Counted from the first letter of the stretch, positions 23,433 through 37,793 are shown. The stretch: DNA of 64,000 bases from Pecten maximus (GCF_902652985.1 NC_047019.1:22816001-22880000), one strand, 5' to 3'. The notes: generated by a model not told the origin, from the letters alone. Program-made: numbers and translations.

Positions 23433-25168
23433 ATGAAAGTGTCGCCAACCCTTTGTTATTTGGTATTCCTAGTAGTGCTATGTGGCGGTGCTTCAGGAAC
23501 AATGGAGTATAAGGCAGGTAAGTAATAGATATATTTATTTTGATTAATAACTCAATAAATTGGGACTGCTGCATGGTATAAAGGGAGTGGTGTATCATGT
23601 GTACCCTGTATTGTATAAGTTATTTTGGTATGCATAGAAACCAAAAAATGTTGAGATCATAATTATCAAAACTCTCATTAACATGGTAAGCAAAATACTC
23701 GTGCCTGACATCGCAGAAATCATTTGTGTTGTAAGGAAGCATATAAGTAATGGCTCCATAACCGCATAGTTATAATAGAAATGGGCATGATACCTAGTGC
23801 GCTTTTCAGAGCAGACATACAGCCGTTCTTGAAACGGAAGTAGTTCCCTTTCTTAATCATCTATATGTGTTTTGTGCAATTTTCCTTAAAAAAATCGAGA
23901 TGAACAAAGATAAGGGAGATGTTTCCAGCTATGTTAATTTCTAATAGTCGTTGGCTTTAAGAAATGTTTCCTTTTTTCTGTTGGTGATCTGCTATTTTCT
24001 ATTTTTCGATAGGTGATTATGAAAGGCCGTTCATGTCAAAAACGAAATACATTTAACGCGTTAGCATTTAACGCGTTAAACACATTTAACGCGTTAAACA
24101 TAACATTTAACACGTTAAAACTAGTTTTAACGCGTTAAGATTTTTTTATTAACGCGTTAAGTTGTAGGAATATTTACTGTCATCAATGTTGCCATGGCAG
24201 CCGACCAGATAGACGAACTATCGACAAGTACTTGTAGTAGGCTGATGGATGTTGGAGTGATAAATACAGTCTCTACATCTCGTTTTCTGTAAACTGCATT
24301 TATAACATGGTATATTGTGAGATGTTCTGTATTATCTCATCAATGTTCAAAGATGACAAAACTACCAAATCACTGAACAAAATGCCACCTTCGTGTCGAT
24401 GAGTGCATTTTAAATGTTATGTTTAATGCGTTAAATGCTAACGCGTTAAAAGTATCTCGTTTTTGACATGAACGGCCTTATATAGGTGATCAACTCTTTG
24501 CTTTGTGTTATCAAAGTTTATGCTTTAGCCACGCCTTTCAATAAAATTAAATGATGATATGTTTTTCCAATTTCTTGATTGCGTAATTGATTTCAAATGA
24601 TTTTTAAGAAAATATTTATTTTACGTGACATGACATTCAAAGTATGGAATGTATTCTCGCTGTCAATGGAACCAAAACACGAGTACCAGATAACACGGTC
24701 AAGTTAATTGTCATACCGCGATGAACCTTCTATTGCATCAGCGTATACATAAACAGGTATTAGGTAAAGTTGGATAACATGATTCTGAAGTATGATATTG
24801 GTATGCCCTATCTAGTTGGTTCTAATGGATTCAAATCTATTGAGGGATTGCTTTAACCAAATGTTACATGAACTAGCTTTTCTTTCTGTTTTGTCTTGTA
24901 CTCAAAGCTCAATTGCTGGTGTTCTAGGAACAATGGAAAGCAAACATTTCATTTTGATCATCTTTTCACTACATAAATTGAACTGGAAAAAAATGTAATT
25001 ATCATACGTATATGTATTGTATCATGATAAATGCATGTAACTAACTAACTTTATTTCGCAAAATGTATTTTCGTTTGGATTGCGAAGACAGCCGATCAAA
25101 GTTTCAAACACAGCAAAACCAAAGTACTGGCAAGGAAGTAAACAAGGAATTAAATCATGTTCTTTTTT

Positions 25169-25201
<33 letters not shown>

Positions 25202-28200
25202 CTCATCTCTGTTGACGGACTTTAAGCCCTCGGCATTTGCCGTTTTCTGATACGCCACACCTGAATTCTATTATTAGTTGCTCTAGTCAAGAATATATAT
25301 CATACACTGTACATATTTAGTAGATGTTCTTTCATGTCTACAATTTATCATATCAAAATTAATTAAACCATGGGATTGGTGACCAACCCCTATCCCTCTG
25401 TGTATTTTAAACATTTGTTAAGGTCATTTTGATTGTTTCACACACTATTCCTGACTATTCCGGAATTATACAAGATCAAAGCATATTATATATGCTATTT
25501 GATGCAGATTTTTTATTCATTTTCCGACACTGTCTGTATTACAAAATTCCAAATTACAGCTGCTACTTACTAACGTGTTATTCATCCCCAGAACCCTTTA
25601 AGAGAACATTCAGGTGATTCACCATATATAACCTAGTACAACTTGTTTTGATTGGATTATTTAAAATCTAGCCGAAGATTTCGGTAATATGATATGATAT
25701 GCATCTTTTTGAATTATTTGTTTTAAAAAAATGGTTTACTATTTCTCAATTTATATATATGTATTTTGGAGAAGGCCTTCGTAATATTAATGTTGTAGTA
25801 AGTTGTACCTAATCCTTTCCGCTTTTAAAGCAAATAAAATATGTTTAAAACAAAATCAACTGGTATTTATCCAATCTCATGAAGACTTTTCGGGGAACTT
25901 ATTGACGTTCCTGGTCGATTATCTTCATTAAAACATCCATTAAAGCCTTGTCATCGTTCTATCGCCTGTTGTTCGCGGATCCACCATATACCATATTCGA
26001 TACCTATATTCCGTGATTCAGTTATGGACCAATTAAATACTGTGATTCCAACGTCGTGGCAGGAGTAATAGCGACTACTTAGGTTTAAGAAAGTTCATAT
26101 TGAGAATACTTGTAAAGCCAGTCTTTCACAATGACAAGATAATCATTTCATGAACTTTTATTTTTGTATAGTTCATATTTTATCATGTTACAGATTATCA
26201 GATATCTGAAAGTGTGTAAACAAAACAAGATACAGTGGAACCTCTATAAACCGAACATGCATGGGACATGACTATTTGTTCGGTTTACAGAGGGTTCGGT
26301 TTGGAGAAGTTGATCGAAAAATGACCGGTCGAATTCCGGATATAATTGGTCGGACGATTTTTTATTAGAATGCACCCGATTACAAACCGGCACGTACACG
26401 TAGACAATATTTGGTTTGTCTGAATAATATGCATATTATGAAAGTTAATCAATGTACATGTATATATTGCAGAATATATAAGAAAGGCAAATGACTTTAA
26501 CTATAGTTTTAAACAGTTTTTTCACATGTACAACTACACTTTACGATCGACCTACATTTTGTTACATCCGGTGAAGCTTCCGTCATGTGGATGGGGCCGA
26601 TAGTCCAATACGGAATATTTTACATATCGACTAATATTAAAGGGTGTGAAGATGTTTTGTTTCAATATCAATTACAATTGATCAGTTGATACTGGTCGTA
26701 TTTCCGACATCGCTGTTGTCTAAAAAAACATCAGTGGCTTCTTTTACGAAAACAACCCCCTTTGGGCCTCATTTAAATTAAATGCGAAACTCAGGCTTCT
26801 AGCTCTACTTGCATTGAGAAGATAAACGAACTGACGCGCTTCAATGAAGTGTGACATTGTTTCATAATTATCGTGTTGATTATACACTGGGCCATCCGTC
26901 ATAACGCCCCCTTGGGATATATATTGGATACCTGTACAAATCACCTACGTAGGTCCCGAGACAATAAGGCTTCACACAATACCCGTCACAGTTGTTGTTT
27001 CACGGTTGACTGGCCTGACCTCGTGTCATAATCGCTCAGGTAAGGCCGGTTTTCAGAAGTAATTTTTGGTATATTTTAACAGGAACCGGACGCAAAATCG
27101 GTCCGGTGTTCGGAATTCAGAGGGATCGGTATTTGGAAGTTTTTTAATACTATAATAAAGAAGGATCAATTCCGTACAATGTCAATTCGTTCGGTATTCA
27201 GAGGTGTTCGGTTTTCAGAAGGTTCGGTTTTCGGAAGTTGCACTGTAATATTATACGATATCAGATATCTGGAAACAATATGGCAAGGTGCTAACGGTTG
27301 TCTCAGCCTAATTGATAGAATAAGGAGCCGTAGCAAACATAAATATGCTTGTTTTAATTACATGTGATAAGGATCTTTTTTCAGATATTCTTCTGAATCC
27401 ATGTGGTAACGATAGAAACTTCACAAACATCACGTACCAGATACACGTACCCGATGGAATCACGTGGGTTCGACTACAAGAGGTCCACGAAGGGGAAGTA
27501 TTCCTTATAATCCGACAATGTAAGATATAAATGTAACTTGCCTGATTAATCAATATCTTTCTGGTTTATATTTTTTGCTGGATCGATATTGTGTCATGTA
27601 TTGATATTTGTAAAACTAAAACTCATTATTTTAATTCGTGCGATGTCCACATAACATACTATTAGATGCAAACATGAAAGTATTGGTGTACAATTTACAA
27701 ACTGACAACCGCTGACAAAATGATAACAACAGATATACAAATAAAGTTTTAAAATTAAACACAGTGGTGTCAAGCTATTGTATCCTGATTATTGGTACAA
27801 TGTATTACATACAACGGTATGGCAGTTTAAGTTCTTAAACTTAATTTCTTTATTAGACACATGGAAATAAATTCAATAAACTATTAGTTAAGACATACGT
27901 TCATTTCGAACTAATTTTGTTTTTGCTGAGCGATGCAAACTTTAACAAAATATACATAGGTCATCATTGCTATGGACCATATAGATATGTATATATGTCT
28001 CTGGACCCATTGATAAATCAAATAAATAAATTTATGAAAACTACATTCGATGTAAAGTTATTTGTATTAAGATATTTAACGCAATTTATTATACCATTTA
28101 TTAAGTGGGTTGACAGTGCGAAATTGTTTGGGGGTTTTTTCGCATTTGTATTCTCTGAGTTTACCTGGTGACGTGATTTATTTTTATAATAACACACAAT

Positions 28201-31200
28201 CCATTTATCTTTCAACAGTGAGGGCTCTAAAGGAAAACCATACAGATTTAGTCATCATGTCCTCTAAGCTCATGAGCGCATTTCCTGTCCAAAACCAGCA
28301 GTCATTTGCTCCAATGGAGGTTATTTCAATGGCCACTCTAACTAACCATCCGTATACACCTTTTGCTTCTATGAATGGCGATGAAGAATGTTCACCGTGC
28401 AGGGAAAACGGAAGTGTTCATTTCAAAATGACAAATTTGCTCATAAATGAACAGGACTGGTGGTCTAGTCACGTAATAGTTATTGCCGACACTATTTTCG
28501 AACACCTGAGATGGTCTACCGTTTGCATATTTTATGAAATGAAAATGCGTATGTACATTATTGATTGCCTTACTTATAAGAAATGTAGATATGATTTGCT
28601 GTTCTCAAAATGCATGTGATTGTTACTGGGACTTTTCATCATAACATGAGTATTTGTAAAGCTTTCTAGGAATATACTACTAATCTATACTGTTGGTGAT
28701 TTGTAACGACTGATATATTTTTAGTGTTCTGTACGACTGATGTATTAATTGTTCTATACGACTTATGTATTTCTTGTGTTCTGTACGACTGATGTATTTT
28801 TAGTGTTCTGTACGACTGATATATTTTTAGTGTTCTGTACGACTGATGTATTTTTAGTGTTCTGCACGACTGATGTATTTTTAGTGTTCTGTACGACTGA
28901 TGTATTTTTAGTGTTCTGCACGACTGATATATTTTAAGTGATCTGCACGACTGATATATTTTTAGTATTCTGTACGACTGATGTATTTTTTTGTGTTCTG
29001 TACGACTGATATATTTTTAGTATTCTGCACGACTGATATATTTTTAGTGATCTGCACGACTGATGTATTTTTAGTATTCTGTACGACTGATGTATTTTTA
29101 GTGTTCTGTACGACTGATATATTTTTAGTATTCTGTACGACTGATATATTTTTAGTATTCTGTACGACTGATGTATTTTTTTGTGTTCTGTACGACTGAT
29201 ATATTTTTAGTATTCTGCACGACTGATATATTTTTAGTGATCTGCACGACTGATATATTTTTAGTATTCTGTACGACTGATGTATTTTTAGTGTTCTGTA
29301 CGACTGATATATTTTTAGTATTCTGTACGACTGATATATTTTTAGTGTTCTGCACGACTTATGTATTTTTAGTGTTCTGTACGACTGATATATTTTTAGT
29401 GTTCTGTACAACTGATGTTGTTCTAGTGATCTGTACGACTGATATAGTTTTAGTGTTCTGTACGACTGATGTATTTTTTGTGTTCTGTACGACTGATGTA
29501 TTTTTAGTGTTCTGTACGACTTATGTATTTTTAGTGTTCTGTACGACTGATATATTTTTAGTGTTCTGTACGACTGATATATTTTTAGTGTTCTGTACGA
29601 CTTATGTATTTTTAGTGTTCTGTACGACTGATATATTTTTAGTGTTCTGTACGACTGATGTTTTTTAGTGTTCTGTACGACTGATGTATTTTTAGTGTTC
29701 TGTACGACTTATGTATTTTTAGTGTTCTGTACGACTGATGTATTTTTAGTGTGCTGTACGACTTAAATGTATTTATATTTTGTTGTTCTATACCACAGAT
29801 TTAGAATTTGTTGCTCTATACGAATGATATATTTTCTTGTTCTACACGACTGATATATAAGAATACGTAACCCTATGTTCTACAATCATAACCTACGAAA
29901 AGTATGGCACATATGTATTCCTACCATGTTTAAAATAATTATTTACAATAAATTTTTGAAACGTCTCAAAATATAAATGTGACAGTTTTATTTTGCTAGA
30001 CGATCACACTAAGGAATAGAGTGAATATTTGCACTTATACGAGGATATAGATACCACCATTTATTTTGTTTGTTTACACTTTCTGTTAAAGAACGTCTGG
30101 TGGATCTACTCCTGGAGCACTGGTCGGAGAAAAGTATCATGTTTAATACCTATATCGTCGACAGAATGTCTGAATCAGACGTTGTCAGTGTTCTTAGAGG
30201 TTTTAAGCCAGAGAGTAATGTGACCAAAGGCATGGCTAATTTTCTGGTCTTGTGTGAGGAATACTTCACAACTTTTATCTTACACGTGGTAAGGTTAACC
30301 GTAAAATACTACTCAGTAGATAGATCGGATTGATAGACATACTATCATAATGTATGGCCTATCCTCAATCGTCGATTATTGGAGGGGATTATATTTTTTC
30401 AAAGGGTATGTCTATATGTTTGATGTGATTACGTACATTTTTTTCTGTATTATTTTTATTCTAAAAACCAAACATTTGAAGTTGTTTTTCTATCACAATT
30501 CCTCAATCAATACAAGAAAAACACTGCTAACAATTGTTGATGATCACTCTAAATAAGTGTTTATGTTAATGTAGGCATCAGAATACTCCGAGAAGCACAT
30601 CCGGGATTCCGCCATTCAACATCACACACGCTGGTTGCTGTTTTTGTTCAGTAATGACGTCATCGGACAAAGGATACTGAACAACATATCGCTCGACAAT
30701 TTAGCCCTTATAGTTCTGGAAACTGAGGACAGGATTGAACAGAAGGTTTAATTGAAATTACCCTTGATAGAATTTTTTAGCTTAATAAAGAGTACGTTAT
30801 TTCATATTATTGTCTCATAGCAAGGTAGTTAAACACATTCCTGTTTCTGTATTGTTAATTTCCTTTAATGCTTAATACTGAACACCGTTTCACTAAGCTT
30901 TAATTTATTTTAAAGACATTTTGTTGTTTATAATGCATAAACCTGATAGGAAATTTGTAATCGTTTGGTACAATTGTATATGAAAACCTCTCCTTATCGT
31001 TTTTACACTTTCACCATGACTTTTTTTTTTTACAGATATGCCACTCCATCGAAAGTATTCTACTTGCAGATGAATGTGCGGAACACGGAGTTATTAGTGG
31101 CACCGAGTCCCTCAAACATACGATAGCGAGGCTGTTTCATGTAAATTTTATTTTGCCAATCAAGACAATTAGAATATGATTTACTATCATTTGACTTTCA

Positions 31201-34200
31201 ATAACTTAGTCTGATAATTTAAAACTCACCCACACATATCTTTTCTTAGCAAATTAATTTCTATTTCAACAGTATATTTTGACAAGTGAGTCTTTCGTGA
31301 AAAACTGCTATTGTAGAGGATATTGTCTAGCTGTTGTATATCTTTCACTCACTACTTACACACTATATATTTATAACTTGAAGAGTAACAACCTATGCCG
31401 TAAGTTTACGATACAAACTCTGATGTGGCGGGATGATGGACGAGAATTGTCACCAGTCGGATCTATTAACTTAAATGGAGAAAAAGATTTACACTCAGAT
31501 GTATTTCCTAACGTAGATTTCGGATTTAACCAAAGGAAGTTTATTGTTTCTACTCAGCCGGTAAGTTCATACATAAAGTCGCATGTCAGAGTGGTACAAG
31601 CACTTACATTTAAAAGTTTGTTTCGCGGAATTCGTAATTATAAAATTTACATTTCAATTTATCCAATTTCAATATATCGAAGTTTTAAAATCATGACGGG
31701 TCCATTAGAAATGAATAGATCAATATTTCAATATTATTTTATTGGAAACTCGTATTGCAATTCTTACAAAACTATATCTGGAAGTTAACTTATATAGATG
31801 TTGCTGTTTAGATTAAGATAGCTAAATAGTGGTGAGTGAATAATTGAAGCTTATGATGTACAATATGAATTATTACGGACCTACATTGTAGGTTTTTCCA
31901 TTTGAATACAAAACCAACAATTCATTCGAAGGTTTGTGCATTGACCTACTGGCACAGTTGGCAGTTGAATTAAACTTTACGTAAGTATTTTTTACTATCA
32001 GTCGTTACGCGTTTAAATCAAATCGAATACCCACATGGAAACTAATATTTCCATACATTTTATTACGAATCACATTACGAGTATTATATGATTATTATAT
32101 GTTATTCCACAGTTTTGAAGTGATTGTTTCCCCTGACGGAGATTTTGGAGTGATGTTGGATAACGGCAGCTGGACAGGACTCATAGGACAATTACAGAGA
32201 AAGGTATGGGACTTGCAGAGATACAGCATGTTAGACTCAAATCGGAATATGTTTTCAAACTTCAGCTACCGTAATCAACATACTCACTTTATGGAAGACG
32301 TTAAAACATTTCTAAGGTATACTCTGTGTTAACCTCAAAAACTGATAAAGCGAGAGTATAGAGAATCTAAATGCCGATTATATTGTATAAAAATGTATTT
32401 ATTTTTTTATGTATGACAATTTGACTTTTTGAAATTTTTTCAAGTATACATGTTTTTATGCATGCTCCACATAAAACTAAACCCAATGATTGGATTGAAT
32501 AGGCCATCTTATACAAGATGACAATTTATTATAGAAACATAACACTTAATATCATCAGAAATATTTTGAAAAGCTATGCTATGTCTGTCGTCGCAGAGTA
32601 CGTTATCGCAGTTTGGGATTAGAGGTCGGAGATCAGGGAAACACGTTGTTGTTTTGTTATTAGATGTTTTCAGAATTCGTTATTGAAGTAATAAGATATA
32701 TAAGTTACACATTATAGTAAAGCAGATTGGATCTTAAATAATACTTCGTTGTTGCCGAAGTTCTAAGTTATATATGCATAAAAATGTATTTGTATAGACA
32801 GCCAACACCGGTTACTTTTACTTTTGTTAATTTTTGCGATTTTGATATGGTTACGAAATTCGCAGGTACATTGTATATATATAATTTTGTTTTTGTGTCT
32901 AGGACGTTGACCTCGTTGCTGGTCCATTGTCAATAACTATCCAAAGGGAACATGTCATGGACTTCATTCATCCGTTTTTTCATGACCATTCTGTAGTTTT
33001 GATACAAAAACCTGATCCACAAGAAACAAAATGGCGGACTTTAATTGACCCTTATAGTGATACAGTCATCATCAGTATCGGGTTGTCCCTGCCCCTCGCA
33101 TCACTCGTGCTTGTAGTTCTGGAAAACATCAGCCCCGTCTACAGCAGAGAGGACAGGGCAGCCAACGAAAGTGACCTCAATTCCTTTTTGGGCTCATTCT
33201 GGTACCTGTTTGGAGCTCTTTTAACACAAGGTGATACACTGATTTTAACACAAGGTGATACACTGATTTTAACACAAGGTGATACACTGATTTTAACACA
33301 AGGTGATACACTGATTTTAACACAAGGTGTTACACTGATTTTAACACAAGGTGATACACTGATTTTAACACAAGGTGTTACACTGATTTTCAATATGTTT
33401 ATAATTCTATGATATCATTATATCATTTCTGTATTGTCGTTTTGAAGCAAACCGTTTTTATGGTAATGTTAACCAAACTTAAATCAGTCAATTCTTACAT
33501 TTTTTTTTTTTTTACATGTTAAGTCTTTTCATGTTGACATATGCCATTATATAACATTTGTTGCCGACTCATCCATCAATTTTCTTCAAAATAATGTATG
33601 TAAAGCAGTTCCGTAACCATGAATCAGTAATAAAACATATCATAACCGATCCTGATAAACTTTTATTGAAAAACTGCTGTTATTTCCTGAAAAGCGGTCA
33701 TTGATTAAATTCAATCGTAGACATAATTACGAATTATATCAACACTAAATACAAAATAATAACAACATACATGTGCTGTTTCAATGAGTACACTTTGTCC
33801 GAAATTGTATTTATCACGCTCTAGAACTTTATGAACTCTGACCTGATGTTTTTTCTCTGGGTACTCCGGCTTTCCTCCTCCTCCAAAACCTGGCACGTCC
33901 TTAAATGACCTTGGCTGTTAATAAGACGTTTAACAAAAAACAAACCAAACCAAACCTACACATTTGGTGGAAAAATCCATCTTGACAAATCATAAAACAC
34001 GAGTCTGAAAAATGGTTTAAAAAGACGGATTTCTAACTCGAAATCAATAAAGTTTGAACAAGTACAAATATAATAAGACAAAGTGTTTGGAATGCGTAAG
34101 CGTATCTTGATTTACCTGTACCTGTTCCCTAAACAGAACCAATGAAATTACAATCAGCAAACCTATAACCCCTTTCACTCCCCATGACCTTCATCAACCT

Positions 34201-37055
34201 ATATATGTTATAATTATCATTGATGAGTTTTGTGTAATGGGTACAGTGGGTATGGTATGATGTCCGGGAACCTCTCATGGACGTACTTCATCAATATCGG
34301 AAGTTACCTCATGTTATGTAATGCATATCAGCCTTTTTATTTGTCATTATAAAACGTCGATTTCAATATCGTATTAAAGGATTTTTTATTTTAATTTCCT
34401 GTCGGAAGTAATATCATTAACAGTTTGATTGCGAAGCCGTTATGTATGAGTACAGATTTGTTTCATTAAACGACACGTGTGGTATGCATATTGGAATAGA
34501 AGTTTCGTTATAAAAATTAAGTATGTTAGAACATTTATCGGTTGATTGGGGGAAATATGACAGGATGTTATAATTAATTGAGCTAAAAACCTTGACGTGT
34601 TCATTATCTGTAGGGAGGACCTAGTGGCGTCGACGTGTCTCGGTAGTAAAAAAAATGATAAAATAGGCATAAACGTTGTCCCACAGCTGATAACAGGAAA
34701 AACACTAATAGTTATCTGATGAAATGTAATAATTTTTAAAGTTACCACAGGTTTTCGGTACAATTTTTACATATATTTTTTTTAATTTTTAACCGGAATA
34801 AACACTTGCGAACAATATGATGCTACGAATTAATTTTGTTGGATTTTGATTCGAACTGGGAACCAGACATACCAAACAGAGATCGCCCTTGAAAGATGGT
34901 TTTGTCGTTTCCTGGTGAAATATATCTGGCTTTATTAATCTACTGATCTACAGTATTATCACAAGGTTAATCAGTGATCTTGTTTGTTGACTCGATTGTT
35001 TCATTTATTTTCTGGTTTTTAGATTTTTCTGTCATGGCTGATTGAAGACACCCAATCTTTCCGTAAATCAGTGATCACTAGAGACACTAAAATAATTAGG
35101 ATTCATAATGCAAGTACGCACTTCTACATTTAGGAATAAAGATTATATATTTTCTTCCCGTCTTAGTTAAAAGACAGTGGAAGCCTAGCTCTATTATTTT
35201 CTTGTGATAAGAGTGCAAGAGTTATATCCCTTTGTCTTGTTGACTACTTTTGATATGATGAAACAGTCAGGATTCACACATTAGCACGGTAATGAAAACA
35301 ACAGAGAAATACATATACATGGAATTTCTAATTCACAATCGGTATTCCGAGGCCAGAATACCAACAAAAAGAGATCCTTAAAAAGTACCACGAGAATAAC
35401 ACTTTCAAATAATGATTCGAGATTAGAAGGCAAACATATTTGAGAAATTTTGGAAAAAGCTAACATGTACCAGGTACCTTGAATATCTAAATATTGTGAT
35501 AGTATGCGATATGAAACTTCAATTACAAATATCCATACTGCTAGTATAACTTTATATGTAACTATCTGTTCTTATAAATATTGTAGGTGGGAAATACACT
35601 CCTTATGCTCTTTCCGGTCGACTTTTTGTTGGCATGTGGTGGCTGTTTTGTATCATCTCTTTGGCGACGTACAGTGGGAACCTCATCGCCTCGCTCACTG
35701 TGTCAAAGGAGAAATTGCCTTTTAAATCGCTTAAAGAGATGGTATCGCAGGATAAATTTAAATGGGGAACATATGGTGGCACTGTCTTTGTCACTATGTT
35801 TAAGGTATATATTACGAAGATTTAAGGTTTTATCTAAAATAATCACCAACCATAACATTATCAAAACTAGTGAAAAGTTTATCTGCATGTCTAATAAATG
35901 AAAAAGAAGTAAATTGATTTGAAGAGTTGCGTCCGAGGTAAGATAAACTTAAGCAGTTGCAATGTACGATTTTGATAGCATTTTGATCCTCAATTAATTC
36001 CAAAATGGTGAAAATATCCATAGAAAACAATGTCAATGGTGTTACTAATTCTTACTTATTCATAACAAGGACTCGGTGATATCAGATTACAAAGCAATAT
36101 GGCAAGGACTGGTCCGGTTTAACACCACTGACCCCTCCGTCCTTAACAAGAACCCAGACCAGCACATGCAGAAGGTCCTGGGTGGTCATTATGCCTATAT
36201 AGCAGCAAAATCCGAAGTAGACACGCAGATGACAAAGCAGTGCGGTCTGGCTACCATAGACGAGAAGTTTCTTCATATGCAATATGCTTTCGGGGTTCCC
36301 AATAATTCACCATACACCGATATTTTTTCTCTTAAGTAAGTACTTTGATATTTTCATTACGATCTGATGTAACGGTAGTTTTTGTTTATAAGACCTAATA
36401 TTTAACTGTCAGTGAAAATTCAAAATGATCGAATTGCGTCAAATAGCATACTAGTAATCGAAGACAAAAAATACTGTTTCAATATTTTGCCCTTTCAAGC
36501 AATTGTTAAGAAACTATATTTTCGCCAATTCCCCCCCCCCCCCCCCCCCCCCCCCTAAAAAAAAGCAAAAACAAACAAGAAATAAAAGACATGTATACGG
36601 ATGTTATATACTGAAGGGTAATACGCAATTATAACTTTTACATTACTAAATAGTAAACCGAAATATATACATTCAAAACAAGACAAAGGAAAACGTACAT
36701 TGTAATGTTACTGAGATAAAGGAAGTTTTTAGTCTTCACCAGTAAAAAGTGTTTGAGAAACTGAATTGTTCTCCTGTGTTTCAGAATATTAAAGATTTTG
36801 GAAAGTGGGCTGATGAATATATGGGAACGAAAGTGGTGGGCACAGCAGAAATTATGTTACGAGTCGACTTGGGACCAACGGAAGGTGATTAACTTAACAG
36901 ATGTCCAAAGTGCTTTCTACCTGATTGGTATAGGGATCGTACTGGCGTTACTGGTCATCTGCCTGGAGTGGATCTGCTTTAAAATCATCAGAACGAAGAG
37001 GAGACAACAGCCGGATGAGTCTTACACTGTAGAAATATCAGCATTACCGGTGTAA
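23433..37055 (+). CDS. Ionotropic glutamate receptor-like / divergent ionotropic receptor (IR), 13 exons, ~857 aa
   Basis: Exons 23433-23517 (signal peptide), 27385-27519, 28219-28548, 30092-30288, 30575-30745, 31036-31140, 31273-31560, 31892-31980, 32113-32203, 32903-33230, 35587-35804, 36070-36335 and 36785-37055. All introns are GT-AG and phase-consistent. Motifs: GLCIDLL, DGDFG..NGSWTGLIGQL, DLVAGPLSITIQR..DF..PF, pore FWYLFGALLTQG, M3 TYSGNLIASLT, ESGLM.IW..KWW and M4. The N-terminal exons are less certain than the LBD and channel exons. Confidence 0.9.
24018..24484. mobile_element. MITE with ~65-bp TIRs and 6-bp TSD (ggtgat), IS3EU-like termini
   Basis: TATGAAAGGCCGTTCATGTCAAAAACG ... 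CGTTTTTGACATGAACGGCCTTATATA, flanked by ggtgat at 24012-24017 and 24485-24490. Internal ttaacgcgttaa palindromes. The superfamily call rests only on the TAY..RTA ends and the 6-bp TSD. Confidence 0.8.
26233..27245. mobile_element. Tc1/mariner-pogo-type non-autonomous element with TA TSD
   Basis: TA|CAGTGGAACCTCTATAAACCGAAC ... GTTCGGTTTTCGGAAGTTGCACTG|TA, with subterminal gttcggttt repeats. Confidence 0.8.
28706..29764. repeat. 27-bp minisatellite (tgttctgtacgactgatatatttttag) x~39 in IR intron 3
   Basis: Clear 27-nt periodicity. It generates the spurious FCTTDIFLV / QNTKNISVV ORFs. Confidence 0.97.
33219..33390 (+). repeat. 24-bp tandem repeat x7 spanning the IR exon 10 splice donor
   Basis: Unit ttttaacacaag|gtgatacactga, with GT at 33231, 33255, 33279, 33303, 33327, 33351 and 33375. 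Confidence 0.97.
33850..33956 (+). mobile_element. SINE 3' fragment
   Basis: Contains gggtactccggctttcctcc, a central motif common in invertebrate SINEs, followed by a short body and an (aaacc)n tail. Confidence 0.65.
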
Positions 37056-37559
37056 TGGGTTTAAACTAGATCGATCAGTCTCCACGTTATCCTCTGCATG
37101 TTTGATACGCCTTTATGCATTATGCATATGTGCAACAGGAATGCTGCATTTGTCTAAACACCAACATACACTAACAGTAGTACTATATGCTGACGATGAT
37201 AAAACTCAAATTGTAGTCGAGGTTATTATAAGAATCATTATTAGTTGCATAATTTAATAGTGACCTGATGCCGGGTCTATGAAAACTTATATCAGGTTCG
37301 GCTTCTCCCCACATGATACAATTTTTTTAAACCGATATTCGCCTCACCTGATTCAAGTTTTTTGCAGACCCCATCTTTTTACGTATCAGGTCACTAACAA
37401 ACTGTGTAACAAATTTATCCCGCTGAAGGATTATACCCCTGTTATTGATTAGAATTGTTTTTTTCTTCTTAAAACATTTATCTTGCCAAAGAATGTTATA
37501 AATGTCCTGCTGTGTGGTGGTGATTTTTTTAATAGCGATGAAGAGCATGTCTGATGTTT

Positions 37560-37793
37560 TCAAATCAGCTGAACTTATATTTGGAACCGTCTGCCTTCCG
37601 GGCGCCAACATTTTAGCTAACCTCACCTTAAACGTTTCAAACTTAGTTGTCTGTGTCTTTTCACTTAAATAAGCTTTAAATGTTCTGGTCGCTTTGTCAT
37701 TACATTTCAAAGTATTGTCCTAATTTCTTTTGAGCGTTTCTCCGCCAATTCATCGCCTGTTGTGTCGCCGACGCATTTATAATGAGCAGCCAT
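37560..37793 (-). mobile_element. Possible decayed Crypton-type (tyrosine recombinase DNA transposon) 5' fragment
   Basis: ATG at 37793, then with a frameshift NTLKCNDKATRTFKAYLSEK..KFETF..LAKML. This resembles the Crypton/KCTD1-like N-terminal pattern NTxxxxxxAxxxFxxYLxE. No catalytic domain is present. Confidence 0.4.

Noticed and set aside
28749-29668. ORFs with FCTTDIFLV / VVQNTKNIS repeats
   Set aside because: They are translations of a 27-bp intronic minisatellite.
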